Assembly (NCBI GenBank): GCA_043765155.1
Contig: JAYUJP010000043.1
Span: forward strand, 1-47,482
Reading direction: 5' to 3'
Length of the DNA: 47,482 nucleotides
Origin: a bacterium
Lineage (GTDB): Bacteria > Patescibacteriota > Minisyncoccia > Phycocordibacterales > UBA5272
Shown: in pieces, positions 27,295-35,922 of the stretch
Layout of the letters: every line of letters starts with the position of its first letter
How positions within the stretch are numbered: position 1 is the first letter of the stretch
Notes under the pieces: generated by a model
Told to the model about the DNA's origin: nothing
What the model saw: only the letters and a program-made list of their open reading frames with translations
The model's database searches: none
Position numbers and translations under genes: made by a program

Positions 27295-27303
27295 TGCTAT
27301 AAT
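27295..27303 (+). promoter_or_regulatory. Extended -10 element TGcTATAAT
   Basis: Read directly. Starts the roughly 225-nt unit upstream of proS. Confidence 0.5.
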
Positions 27304-27320
27304 CTTTTTTGAGGCAAACT

Positions 27321-27374
27321 ATGAACATGAACTCTCTTACAAAAAGTAAGAAGTTAGCAACTCCGAAACCATGA
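27321..27374 (+). CDS. Candidate 17-aa leader peptide MNMNSLTKSKKLATPKP
   Basis: gagg SD 6 nt upstream of the ATG. Two Pro codons in the last four codons. Located upstream of proS. Confidence 0.25.
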   Translation: MNMNSLTKSKKLATPKP

Positions 27375-27500
27375 ACTAAGAACTTTTCACCTCAGGGTTC
27401 CTCTAGCTTTTCGTGAATGGGATGCATATAACGCGTTGTGTGACAGCCGCTCGCCAGAGACCTTTTTTAAGGATCTGACGAATAACACTCTAAAACCTTT

Positions 27501-27536
27501 AACGCGTAAGATTCTGTCTTCGCGTTTTTCTTTTTC
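27501..27536 (+). terminator. Rho-independent terminator upstream of proS
   Basis: aacgcgtaag-attctgt-cttcgcgtt (one bulge) followed by tttttcttttt. Confidence 0.7.
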
Positions 27537-27551
27537 TAAAGATTGTATTTG

Positions 27552-27560
27552 TGTTATAAT
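27552..27560 (+). promoter_or_regulatory. Extended -10 element TGtTATAAT, proximal to proS
   Basis: Read directly, 41 nt before the ATG at 27602. Confidence 0.45.
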
Positions 27561-27601
27561 TATTTTAATAGAAAAATATATAATCGACCTAAACTAAAAA
27601 T

Positions 27602-28888
27602 ATGCAATACTCAAAAATGTTTTCAAAAACCTCTAAGACAGCGCCAAGTGACGAGAGTAGTAAAAACGCACAGCTACTAATACGTGCTGGATATATACAC
27701 AAAGAAATGGCGGGAGTATATTCGTATTTACCACTTGGTCAGAAAGTGTTGCAAAATATTATAAGAATAATAAGAGAGGAGATGAATAATGTAGGAGGGC
27801 AAGAGATATTTATGAGTACGCTCCAAGATAGCGCAATCTGGAAAAAGACTAACAGGTGGAATGATAATCCTGACGTAGATGTGTGGTTCACAACCAAGCT
27901 TAAAAATGACACCGAGCTAGGTATGGGGTTCACTCACGAGGAAGACATTACAAATATCGCTAGTAAATTTGTAAATAGCTACAAAGACCTGCCACTATCT
28001 GCTTATCAATTTCAAAATAAATTTAGAAACGAGACACGCGCTAAAAGCGGCATAATGAGAACTCGCGAATTCATAATGAAGGATCTATACACTTTTTGTA
28101 AAAGCGAAGCTGAGCATAACGCTGAGTATGATAAAATATCAGAAGCGTATATCAGAATATTTAAGAGATTAGGACTAGGAGAGAAAACTTACAAGACATT
28201 TGCAAGCGGCGGAGTATTTGCAAAGTATAGTCATGAATTTCAGACTGTCTGCGAGGCAGGTGAGGACGAGATATATGTGTGCGATAGACTCGGTATGGCC
28301 ATTAACAAAGAAGTTTTAAATGAAGAAGTGCTCGCTGATCTAAAAATTAGTCGTGATGAGCTACGAGTAGAAGTGGCAAGTGAAGTGGGTAATATATTTT
28401 CACTTGGTACAAAGTTCTCATCAGCTCTTGATCTTAATTTTAAAAATGAAGAGGGGATAGAGGTACCTGTAATTATGGGCTCATATGGTATAGGTCCAGC
28501 GCGCGTGATGGGTGTTATGACTGAGCTTATGAGTGACGAGAATGGACTAGTGTGGTCACATGAGGTAGCACCATACGCCATGCATATAGTCTCTTTACAT
28601 AAAGAAGAGGGTGATGAAGTATATAATTACGCAAAGGATATTTATGAAAAGTTAATAAAAGTAGGAGTAGAAGTATTATGGGATGATCGCTCAGGACTGG
28701 GCGCTGGCGAAAAGCTGGGTGACGCTGACCTTATAGGTATACCGATGCGAGTGTTAGTATCAGCTAAGACGATAGCCGCCGAAGGCGGCGCGAGTGTCGA
28801 AGTAAAAGAGCGTAAGGATAAGCTAACTAAAGGCGAACTAATACCGTTAGAAGCATTTCTAAAAAGCTGGACAGAAGGGTGCGAGTAG
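27602..28888 (+). CDS. proS: Prolyl-tRNA synthetase, bacterial-type but lacking the INS editing domain
   Basis: N-terminus and class II motifs align with bacterial ProRS (LIRAGYIHK, FRNETRAKSGIMRTREFIMKD, SHEFQ, GNIFSLGTKFS, GSYGIGPARV). Only about 25 aa occupy the position where E. coli ProRS has its ~180-aa INS. Confidence 0.9.
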   Translation: MQYSKMFSKTSKTAPSDESSKNAQLLIRAGYIHKEMAGVYSYLPLGQKVLQNIIRIIREEMNNVGGQEIFMSTLQDSAIWKKTNRWNDNPDVDVWFTTKLKNDTELGMGFTHEEDITNIASKFVNSYKDLPLSAYQFQNKFRNETRAKSGIMRTREFIMKDLYTFCKSEAEHNAEYDKISEAYIRIFKRLGLGEKTYKTFASGGVFAKYSHEFQTVCEAGEDEIYVCDRLGMAINKEVLNEEVLADLKISRDELRVEVASEVGNIFSLGTKFSSALDLNFKNEEGIEVPVIMGSYGIGPARVMGVMTELMSDENGLVWSHEVAPYAMHIVSLHKEEGDEVYNYAKDIYEKLIKVGVEVLWDDRSGLGAGEKLGDADLIGIPMRVLVSAKTIAAEGGASVEVKERKDKLTKGELIPLEAFLKSWTEGCE

Positions 28889-28899
28889 ATAGAAGTGTC

Positions 28900-30180
28900 A
28901 TGAAAAAAATAATAGAAAATTACATTAAGAGACTAATTATTTTTTATAAAAATAAATTATTTTTTGTATCATTATTCTTTTCTTTAGTTTGTGTTGAGTT
29001 AGCGTATAAGCTTACCAGTTTAAATGGACTAATAGCAACTATATCTTCTAATAAAAATTCTCTTCACGACATTGTTCATGATAATATACCGAGACTAGAC
29101 ACTTCTTTTATTCACGCTGAGTCGACTTTTATAATATCTGATTTTAGATATTACATACTATTCTTTTTTCCTAGATACATACTATTTACTCTAAAAACAC
29201 TAAGTCTTTTTATCTTGGTAAGAGCTATTTTTATAAATTTAACAAGCCTGCCTACACCTCTTGAGTCTTATTTTATAGGGTCTAATTTTACTTTTGGGGG
29301 TGACTTATTTTTTTCTGGACATGTAGCTAATACTTTTTTATTTGGCCTTGTATTTTATAAAAGAAAGCCATTTTTTAGTGCTTTCTTTTTTATTGCATCT
29401 TTTGTCTTAGGGTTTAGTGCTATTTTAGGTAGATATCATTACACGGTAGACGTACTGGCTGCTCCATTCTTTGCTTTTACTATTTTTAGTATAGCAAAAG
29501 TTATTTTTAAGCAAGATTACGAAATGATAGATATAGATAAAATGCCAACAAAAAAGTCTACAATAATATCTGGAGTATTTTTAACTATTGTTATATTAGT
29601 TGCAATTAGCTCTAGTTATTTGTTTAATAAAAGTTTAGATAATAGAGTTCAGAATGACAATATATCTGGAGAAAATAAAATACTAAAAATAAAAACAGGA
29701 ATTAATTTTAATCTTGACCATTGGTATATCTGTAGTGAAAAAAGTTATTTAGACATAGAAAAGTATATAAGCTGTAACTTAAAAGAAGAAATAGAAACAA
29801 AAATAAAAGTAAATAAAGTAAAACTTAATTCAGAAACAGAATTTAATTTTGACGTTTTTTCTATAAAAAAAGGTTCTGATCTAGAAATGCTCAATTCTAT
29901 ATATTTTAATAACATTATTTTAGTTAATGAAAAAAATATAGACGAAAGTAAAGATGAGGAGATTTATAACTGTTTCGATAATTTGGATATATTAAAAGAT
30001 TTAAATTATTATAATTTATTACGTCTAAGCCTAGTGGAGTGCAGCTATGGGGATAGCTATTACATAAGGGTAAGTATGATAAATAGAGAAGTGGATAGAT
30101 CAACAGTTATCTTTATTAAAGATTATAGAAATCAAGATTTACAAAAAGTTAGAGACTTTTTGTTGAGTTTAGACTTTTAA
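28900..30180 (+). CDS. PAP2_C / sphingomyelin-synthase-like lipid phosphotransferase with a C-terminal extracytoplasmic domain of about 220 aa
   Basis: Motifs GGDLFFSGH (D3-like) and GRYHYTVDV (D4-like) sit in a multi-TM N-terminal half. Start set at ATG 28900; the listed GTG 28879 overlaps proS. Confidence 0.65.
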   Translation: MKKIIENYIKRLIIFYKNKLFFVSLFFSLVCVELAYKLTSLNGLIATISSNKNSLHDIVHDNIPRLDTSFIHAESTFIISDFRYYILFFFPRYILFTLKTLSLFILVRAIFINLTSLPTPLESYFIGSNFTFGGDLFFSGHVANTFLFGLVFYKRKPFFSAFFFIASFVLGFSAILGRYHYTVDVLAAPFFAFTIFSIAKVIFKQDYEMIDIDKMPTKKSTIISGVFLTIVILVAISSSYLFNKSLDNRVQNDNISGENKILKIKTGINFNLDHWYICSEKSYLDIEKYISCNLKEEIETKIKVNKVKLNSETEFNFDVFSIKKGSDLEMLNSIYFNNIILVNEKNIDESKDEEIYNCFDNLDILKDLNYYNLLRLSLVECSYGDSYYIRVSMINREVDRSTVIFIKDYRNQDLQKVRDFLLSLDF

Positions 30181-30257
30181 GTATCTTTTATAAAACTGTG
30201 TACAAGTCTAAGGATTGCAGCGTTAAAAAAATGTTATAATTTATCTAGAATAAAAAT

Positions 30258-31460
30258 ATGGAAAATAAACTTGCAAAAAATGATAAAAATATTAAGCTTT
30301 TTCTTGGAGCTATTATAATCTTAGTATTATTAGGTGGTATATTGTATTATGGTTACAGTACAAAATCTCAAAAACTTGTAAAAGGTTGGAATTTACCCAC
30401 TGTAAAGTACATTAATGAGTCTGAGCTTTTAGAGAATAAGATACCTAAAAAGTACAGAGAGGTAGCCAGTATCAAATCATTAGAAGAGTATTTAAAAATA
30501 AAAAAAGATTTAAATACTTATATTGATAATGCTACAAGCGGTTCAAAGTACTCAGTAAATACATTAAGATATGCAGAAGTCAAAATGGACTATAAGTACA
30601 ATAAAGGTGAATTTTTTAAGAATATAAAACCATTACTCGCGAGTGATTTAGCTAGTAGCACAAAATCAGATATTTTATATTTTGTACTTCATAATTTTAT
30701 TGAAACAGGATATTTATTTCCAACTATTTATATGCTTAAAAATACTTCAGGTTTTGAAAATTATATTAAGCTACTAGAATCTTCTCCAGTGTCAAAAGAG
30801 TATGCTGATTTTGTAAAAAATGGTGATAAGCTTGTTTATGAAGATAAGGCAAAAATCCATAATGAGCTTAATTATATTATATCAAAAGACTACCCGTCAG
30901 TAGCAATGAATGGTATGCTGGCACATTCTTTTATGGAAGATTATATTAGGGGTAACAAAAAAGATAATCTGTTAGTTCAGAAAAGTCTAGATAACTACAA
31001 TATAGTTAGAAATATTTTAAGTGAGCAAAAAAAAGACTATATAGTAACTGACTATATAGTGGGTCTTAATCAAATGGCTATGACAAACGTTTTATATAAA
31101 GAAAACTCAGTACCTAATAACAATATAGATAGTTATGAGATGCTAAATAATTCTCTATACTTAACCAAAAAATATAAAACTAATTATACAGCTATGACTT
31201 ATTTTGTTTATAATTATGTGCTTGTCAATGAAGATAAAAAAAATCAAGCAAAAATAGATTATATGTCTAAGAAAATAGTGGGGTCTGTATTTTTTATGGA
31301 CAATTTTTTTAATTTTTCGTATATAAAAAATGAAAGCAAGTATAATCCAGATGACTTTAGGTTGTTTAGCTTAAATACTTTAAAAGATTTTTCTGATAAT
31401 TCAAAAGAGTTTAAGATCTACTTAGAATCAAAGTCTTTTGACTTTAGTAAAATAAAGTAA
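30258..31460 (+). CDS. Hypothetical membrane-anchored protein
   Basis: 400 aa with an N-terminal TM helix; N/K/Y-rich. Confidence 0.55.
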   Translation: MENKLAKNDKNIKLFLGAIIILVLLGGILYYGYSTKSQKLVKGWNLPTVKYINESELLENKIPKKYREVASIKSLEEYLKIKKDLNTYIDNATSGSKYSVNTLRYAEVKMDYKYNKGEFFKNIKPLLASDLASSTKSDILYFVLHNFIETGYLFPTIYMLKNTSGFENYIKLLESSPVSKEYADFVKNGDKLVYEDKAKIHNELNYIISKDYPSVAMNGMLAHSFMEDYIRGNKKDNLLVQKSLDNYNIVRNILSEQKKDYIVTDYIVGLNQMAMTNVLYKENSVPNNNIDSYEMLNNSLYLTKKYKTNYTAMTYFVYNYVLVNEDKKNQAKIDYMSKKIVGSVFFMDNFFNFSYIKNESKYNPDDFRLFSLNTLKDFSDNSKEFKIYLESKSFDFSKIK

Positions 31461-31485
31461 TAAATAATAATTTAAAAATAAATAT

Positions 31486-31875
31486 ATGTTTAAAAATATA
31501 AATAAAAAATTAGCGGGTATAGCAGTAATTTTAACGGTGGTAACTTTTTTAGATCTAAACCTATTAAAAGGTTATGATTCTGAGGGTGCTATATGCTCAG
31601 AAATAGCTTTAGTAACAAGAGCCATATCTTCCAGTGGACCAGGTGGGTCAGGTGGGTCAGGAGGAAATGGAACTTGTAGTGGTGGTGGCGGCTCAGGAGG
31701 TGGAGATGCTGGATATGGCTCAGGTAATGGAAGTGGAGGAGGATGTCCGGCTGGAACTTTTTTTATATTTTCTTTAGGCTTTTGTGATACATGCTTGGTG
31801 GGTGCTACATATGACGGATTTAATTGTATATTTAATGCTTACAAAGGACCTATAGTCAATGTACGTTTTCGTTAA
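31486..31875 (+). CDS. Small secreted or anchored glycine-rich, cysteine-containing protein
   Basis: N-terminal hydrophobic segment, a GPGGSGGSGGNG...GGGGSGGG tract, and a C-terminal region with several Cys. Confidence 0.5.
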   Translation: MFKNINKKLAGIAVILTVVTFLDLNLLKGYDSEGAICSEIALVTRAISSSGPGGSGGSGGNGTCSGGGGSGGGDAGYGSGNGSGGGCPAGTFFIFSLGFCDTCLVGATYDGFNCIFNAYKGPIVNVRFR

Positions 31876-31901
31876 GAGTGGGTAAAAAGTAAAATTTTTA
31901 C

Positions 31902-31930
31902 TTGACATGTATTATTATTAAATGTATAAT
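31902..31930 (+). promoter_or_regulatory. Perfect consensus promoter TTGACA-17-TATAAT
   Basis: TTGACA at 31902-31907 and TATAAT at 31925-31930. Confidence 0.65.
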
Positions 31931-31997
31931 AATAAAGTTGAATTTAAAAAGTAGCAAAGCATTTTGCTTAGCGCTTATCTTTAAACAGGAGATAGTT

Positions 31998-32654
31998 ATG
32001 AAATTTAGCTCTTTTAAAGACAGTGTTTTTCTAAAATTATCTGTTCTTTTATTAGTTTTTAGCTTTGTGGGTCCAGTATCAGCTCAAAGCAAAAGTACAA
32101 ATGCTGTTAACGATTCTGAGTTAGTTGTACTTTACACGTACAGCGATAAAATGCCCAACTCAAACGTTAACCCAGCAGCTCAGCCGCTAATGGTTTACAG
32201 TAAAACAAGTGACGGATATAGCGTTAAAAGGTATGGCAGTAAGACCAAGCATAAAGCAGAAGATCCATTTTTATGGGAAATTTTTTCTCTTGACTCCAAG
32301 ACTCGAAATGGTTATTTTGGCAGAGGCATAGGTCTTGATCATCATCAATACGCCTACAAACACATTTTTATTCCGAGCTCATTGGAGGTAGGTAGCATAG
32401 AAACTCAGCAATCCTATTCGCAAGGAACTAACAAAAACCTCAATGGAAAGTTTAGTTCTGAGATTATGAAAGCTGAAGGCGACATACTATATATTAAGCA
32501 TCGCTTTCCTCATCAAGATGCAGGACAATGGGATAGAGACATAGTATTGAAAATATTGCCTAATGGCGGATTTATATTTCTGCGTGATGAGTTTAAGGTG
32601 TACAATCGGTCAGAAATTTTCCATCACACGGTGTGGGAAATAAAAATTAAGTAA
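31998..32654 (+). CDS. Secreted hypothetical protein with a signal peptide
   Basis: ATG 31998 is preceded by the SD aggag. Signal-peptide-like N-terminus ending VSA-QS. The listed start 31902 lies inside the promoter. A terminator follows. Confidence 0.6.
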   Translation: MKFSSFKDSVFLKLSVLLLVFSFVGPVSAQSKSTNAVNDSELVVLYTYSDKMPNSNVNPAAQPLMVYSKTSDGYSVKRYGSKTKHKAEDPFLWEIFSLDSKTRNGYFGRGIGLDHHQYAYKHIFIPSSLEVGSIETQQSYSQGTNKNLNGKFSSEIMKAEGDILYIKHRFPHQDAGQWDRDIVLKILPNGGFIFLRDEFKVYNRSEIFHHTVWEIKIK

Positions 32655-32682
32655 GCTTTAAAAAGCTTGCAATCAAAATATT

Positions 32683-32722
32683 ACACCCGCTGACTTATTT
32701 CAGCTGGTGTTTTTTATTTTTT
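32683..32722 (+). terminator. Rho-independent terminator
   Basis: acacccgctga-cttatt-tcagctggtgt followed by a T run. Confidence 0.8.
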
Positions 32723-32780
32723 GATAGATTATTTTTGTAATATATAAGATATCTATATGATATAATGTATAAATAAAAAT

Positions 32781-33296
32781 ATGAATACAAAAAACCTTAT
32801 TATGGGTATAGATCCAGGCTATGACAGAGTGGGGATTTGTATTTTGGAAAATGAAAAGGGAAAAGATACTCTGTTATATTCGAACTGTATTATCACAGAT
32901 AAAAAGTTAGCTGATTATGAGCGTGTAAAAGTCGTATGTGACGAGATAGAAAAAGTCATACAAAAATATAGCACAGAAGATAACAGAATATCCTGTGTTG
33001 GCATAGAAACTCTTTTTGTGTTTAAAAATCAAAAGACAGTGATGGGTGTGAGCGAAGCGCGTGGTGCTATCAAGTATATTTTAAATAAAAATAATATAAA
33101 AATAATAGAGCTAACTCCTATGCAGGTTAAAAGTAGTGTCTGCGGTAGCGGTCACTCACACAAAGATCAGGTGGACTATATGGTTAGAAATATTTTAAAA
33201 ATAGATATTACCAAAAAAATTATCGATGACGAGATAGATGCTATGGCTATCGCCCTTACAGCTAGCCTATTCGACAAGAATCAAAATATTTTATAA
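32781..33296 (+). CDS. ruvC: Crossover junction endodeoxyribonuclease RuvC
   Basis: IMGIDPGYDRVG (catalytic Asp), and a C-terminal DDEIDAMAIAL motif. Confidence 0.85.
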   Translation: MNTKNLIMGIDPGYDRVGICILENEKGKDTLLYSNCIITDKKLADYERVKVVCDEIEKVIQKYSTEDNRISCVGIETLFVFKNQKTVMGVSEARGAIKYILNKNNIKIIELTPMQVKSSVCGSGHSHKDQVDYMVRNILKIDITKKIIDDEIDAMAIALTASLFDKNQNIL

Positions 33297-33374
33297 TATC
33301 TAGTTTATTTTTTATAAAAGTATTTATGTTATAATTAATTTTATAAAAATAATAAAAATAGTTAGAATAAAAGT

Positions 33375-33998
33375 ATGAAAAATGTATTTACAAAAATAAA
33401 GTTAAGTTATGTGTTAATATTAATGCTTTTAATACTGGCCACTTATTTTGCTTATAATAATTACACGTTAAATAAAAAAGTAGATTTAAATAATTCTAAA
33501 AACTGTGAACCCAAAAACTTGGAGGAAGTATATTTTAATATATCAAAATATGGTACCACTACAAACCCAAAAAATTGTGGATACGCAGATATAAGACCAA
33601 ATTATAATACTAACTTGCTAGGCCCTACCACTAGCTTGTCTGAGTTCATGACAACTTCTAATCCATTAACCCCTATAAATCAAGAAGCGCAAAAGAAAGT
33701 AGAAGAAATGCGTGACAGTATTATCGGCTGCTACTATATGACAGAAAATGTAAATGAGAGGATCAAGCTGGACAGAAATAATTATTTTTCAAAATTCGTA
33801 GAAGGGTCTACAAGATTTGTTATGGTAAGCGGGAGCTATTTAACCAATTTAGACTTTAAGGGTATATTATTTTCACCTACAGATGAGAGTAACTTTTCTA
33901 TGAAGCTAGAATTTGCGACCGATACAGTTAAGCTTATAGACAAAAATAACAAAGTCTTTGAGAAGCAGATTTGCGCTGATTTTTATACAGGTAATTAA
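33375..33998 (+). CDS. Hypothetical membrane-anchored protein
   Basis: 207 aa with an N-terminal TM helix. Confidence 0.5.
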   Translation: MKNVFTKIKLSYVLILMLLILATYFAYNNYTLNKKVDLNNSKNCEPKNLEEVYFNISKYGTTTNPKNCGYADIRPNYNTNLLGPTTSLSEFMTTSNPLTPINQEAQKKVEEMRDSIIGCYYMTENVNERIKLDRNNYFSKFVEGSTRFVMVSGSYLTNLDFKGILFSPTDESNFSMKLEFATDTVKLIDKNNKVFEKQICADFYTGN

Positions 33999-34063
33999 TT
34001 ATTTATTTAGATTCTAGATAAAATTAGAGTAAAATAGACTTAATTTTTATATTAAGTTTTTTG

Positions 34064-34072
34064 TGATATAAT
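34064..34072 (+). promoter_or_regulatory. Extended -10 element TGaTATAAT for the mreBC-mrdA operon
   Basis: Read directly. It overlaps the listed ATG 34071, which argues for the downstream start at 34113. Confidence 0.5.
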
Positions 34073-34112
34073 GAGTTTAAGAAAATATAATACGCGTAAA
34101 GCTAGAAAAAAA

Positions 34113-35162
34113 ATGTTAGAAAAGCTTAAAAATAAACTATCAAATGATATAGGCATAGACCTGGGGACTGCAAATACGCTAGTGTATGTTAGGGGTCTTG
34201 GCATTGTTATCAATGAGCCGTCAGTGGTTGCGGTTAATATAAAAACAGATAGAATGGTTGCCATAGGTACCGAGGCAAAGCAAATGATGGGTAGGACACC
34301 AACACATATAAAATGTGTGAGACCACTTGTTGATGGAGTGATAAGTGATTATGAAGTTACCGAGGAGATGCTGGGTTACCTCATTAACAAAGCTAATAAT
34401 ATACACAAAAAGTTTTTGGCGCCCCGTGTTGTAGTGGGCGTACCTGTGGGTATTACCAATGTTGAGACTAGGGCGGTGTATGATGCGGCGCGCGCCGCAG
34501 GCGCGCGCGAAGTCTATATAGTCGAGGAGCCAATGGCAGCTGCGATAGGTATAAAGTTACCTGTACATGCTGCAGAGGGGTCGATGATAGTTGATATCGG
34601 CGGCGGTACTACTGACATAGCAGTGATATCACTCTCAGGTGTTGTAAAAGCCAGATCTATAAAAGTAGCAGGAGACAAGATAACCAATGATATTATAAAT
34701 TATATAAAAGATGAGTACAAGTTAATCATAGGCGAAAAGACTGCGGAGGATATAAAAATATCACTAGGCTCTGCTATGGTAGTAGGTGAGGACGAAAGTA
34801 TGCAAGTAAAGGGTCGTGACCTTGGCTCAGGACTTCCAAAAGAAATAATGGTAACTGATAATGATATAAGAAAGGCTATGTATAATAGTGTCACCCTCAT
34901 CGTAGACTCAGTAAAAGAGGTTATAGAGATGACACCTCCAGAAATACTCTCAGATATTATGCGCTCAGGTATAGTACTTGCCGGCGGCGGCTCGCTTATA
35001 CGCGGCATAGATGAACTATTTAGGCTACAGATAAAAGTTCCAATTATAATATGTGATGACCCGCTTACTGCTGTTGCTCGTGGATGCGGCACTATACTTG
35101 AAAATATAGAGATATATAAAAATGTTTTGATAGAGGATAAAAACGAGATAGACATCAGGTAG
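34113..35162 (+). CDS. mreB: Rod shape-determining protein MreB
   Basis: DIGIDLGTANTLVY, EPSVVA, VVGVP, IVEEPMAAAIG, VDIGGGTTD, LAGGGSL: actin-fold motifs. Confidence 0.93.
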   Translation: MLEKLKNKLSNDIGIDLGTANTLVYVRGLGIVINEPSVVAVNIKTDRMVAIGTEAKQMMGRTPTHIKCVRPLVDGVISDYEVTEEMLGYLINKANNIHKKFLAPRVVVGVPVGITNVETRAVYDAARAAGAREVYIVEEPMAAAIGIKLPVHAAEGSMIVDIGGGTTDIAVISLSGVVKARSIKVAGDKITNDIINYIKDEYKLIIGEKTAEDIKISLGSAMVVGEDESMQVKGRDLGSGLPKEIMVTDNDIRKAMYNSVTLIVDSVKEVIEMTPPEILSDIMRSGIVLAGGGSLIRGIDELFRLQIKVPIIICDDPLTAVARGCGTILENIEIYKNVLIEDKNEIDIR

Positions 35163-35211
35163 AGGGATAAGACTAGTTGCAGATAATTTTTAATAACAAA
35201 AAATATAAAGT

Positions 35212-35907
35212 ATGAAAAAGATGTTAACACCAATTGTATTTATAATTAGTATATATGGGATATCTTACTTTTTTAAAAGTGACATTATAAACTTTTATAT
35301 AAAATATTTATCAAAACAAAATATCACAGAGACAGCTTTAATAGAATTAAACTCTCTTAAAAATGAAAATGAATATCTTAAAAATCTTATAAAAAATTCG
35401 ACTAGCAGTAATACTTTTTCTGAGTCAGGTGTAGTTGACCTTATACCTGCTAGCTCTTCTTTTTTAGACAGGTCCAGTTTTATCTATAATAATATTATTT
35501 TAAATAAAGGTAGTGAGGCGGGAGTTAAAAATGATGCTCTAGTCTATGTGCCAGGTCTTAGGCCGGTGGGCATAATTAAAAATACAAATTTAGAGTATTC
35601 AACACTTGAGCTTTTTACTAATTATAAAAAAGAGTTAGAAGTTTTTGTTAATGATAAAAATATTTCTGCCACAAGTACTAATATTTATTTTAATATTATA
35701 GGCGACGGATCTTATGGCTTTTCGGCTAAGTTATTAAAATCTATTTCTGTAAAAGTCGGCGAGGACGTATATATAAAAAATTATCCATCTTTAAAAATAG
35801 GTAAAATCATAGAAATAGAGGATATAAAAAATGAAAACGAAAAAATAGTCTATATCAAGTCTAATTTTACTAGAAATAGTGAAAGTATATTTTATATAGA
35901 AAATTAA
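35212..35907 (+). CDS. mreC: Rod shape-determining protein MreC
   Basis: Position after mreB. N-terminal TM helix, a coiled-coil (LKNENEYLKN), then a beta-rich domain with GSEAGVKNDALV. Confidence 0.65.
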   Translation: MKKMLTPIVFIISIYGISYFFKSDIINFYIKYLSKQNITETALIELNSLKNENEYLKNLIKNSTSSNTFSESGVVDLIPASSSFLDRSSFIYNNIILNKGSEAGVKNDALVYVPGLRPVGIIKNTNLEYSTLELFTNYKKELEVFVNDKNISATSTNIYFNIIGDGSYGFSAKLLKSISVKVGEDVYIKNYPSLKIGKIIEIEDIKNENEKIVYIKSNFTRNSESIFYIEN

Positions 35908-35922
35908 AACATCATAAATAAC

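Larger units (their letters stand above)
27310..27536 (+). ncRNA. Candidate proS leader/attenuator or independent sRNA of about 225 nt
   Basis: Bounded by an extended -10 promoter and an intrinsic terminator (27501-27536). It contains an SD-preceded 17-codon ORF and two copies of aacgcgt that could pair alternatively. Confidence 0.4.

Noticed and set aside
27310-27536. Classifying the proS upstream RNA as a T-box riboswitch.
   Set aside because: I could not find the T-box consensus (AAUUAGGGUGGUACCGCG-like), a convincing Stem I specifier loop, or AGAGA/GNUGNA elements. The two aacgcgt copies are about 70 nt apart, wider than a T-box antiterminator. It is kept only as a generic leader/sRNA candidate.
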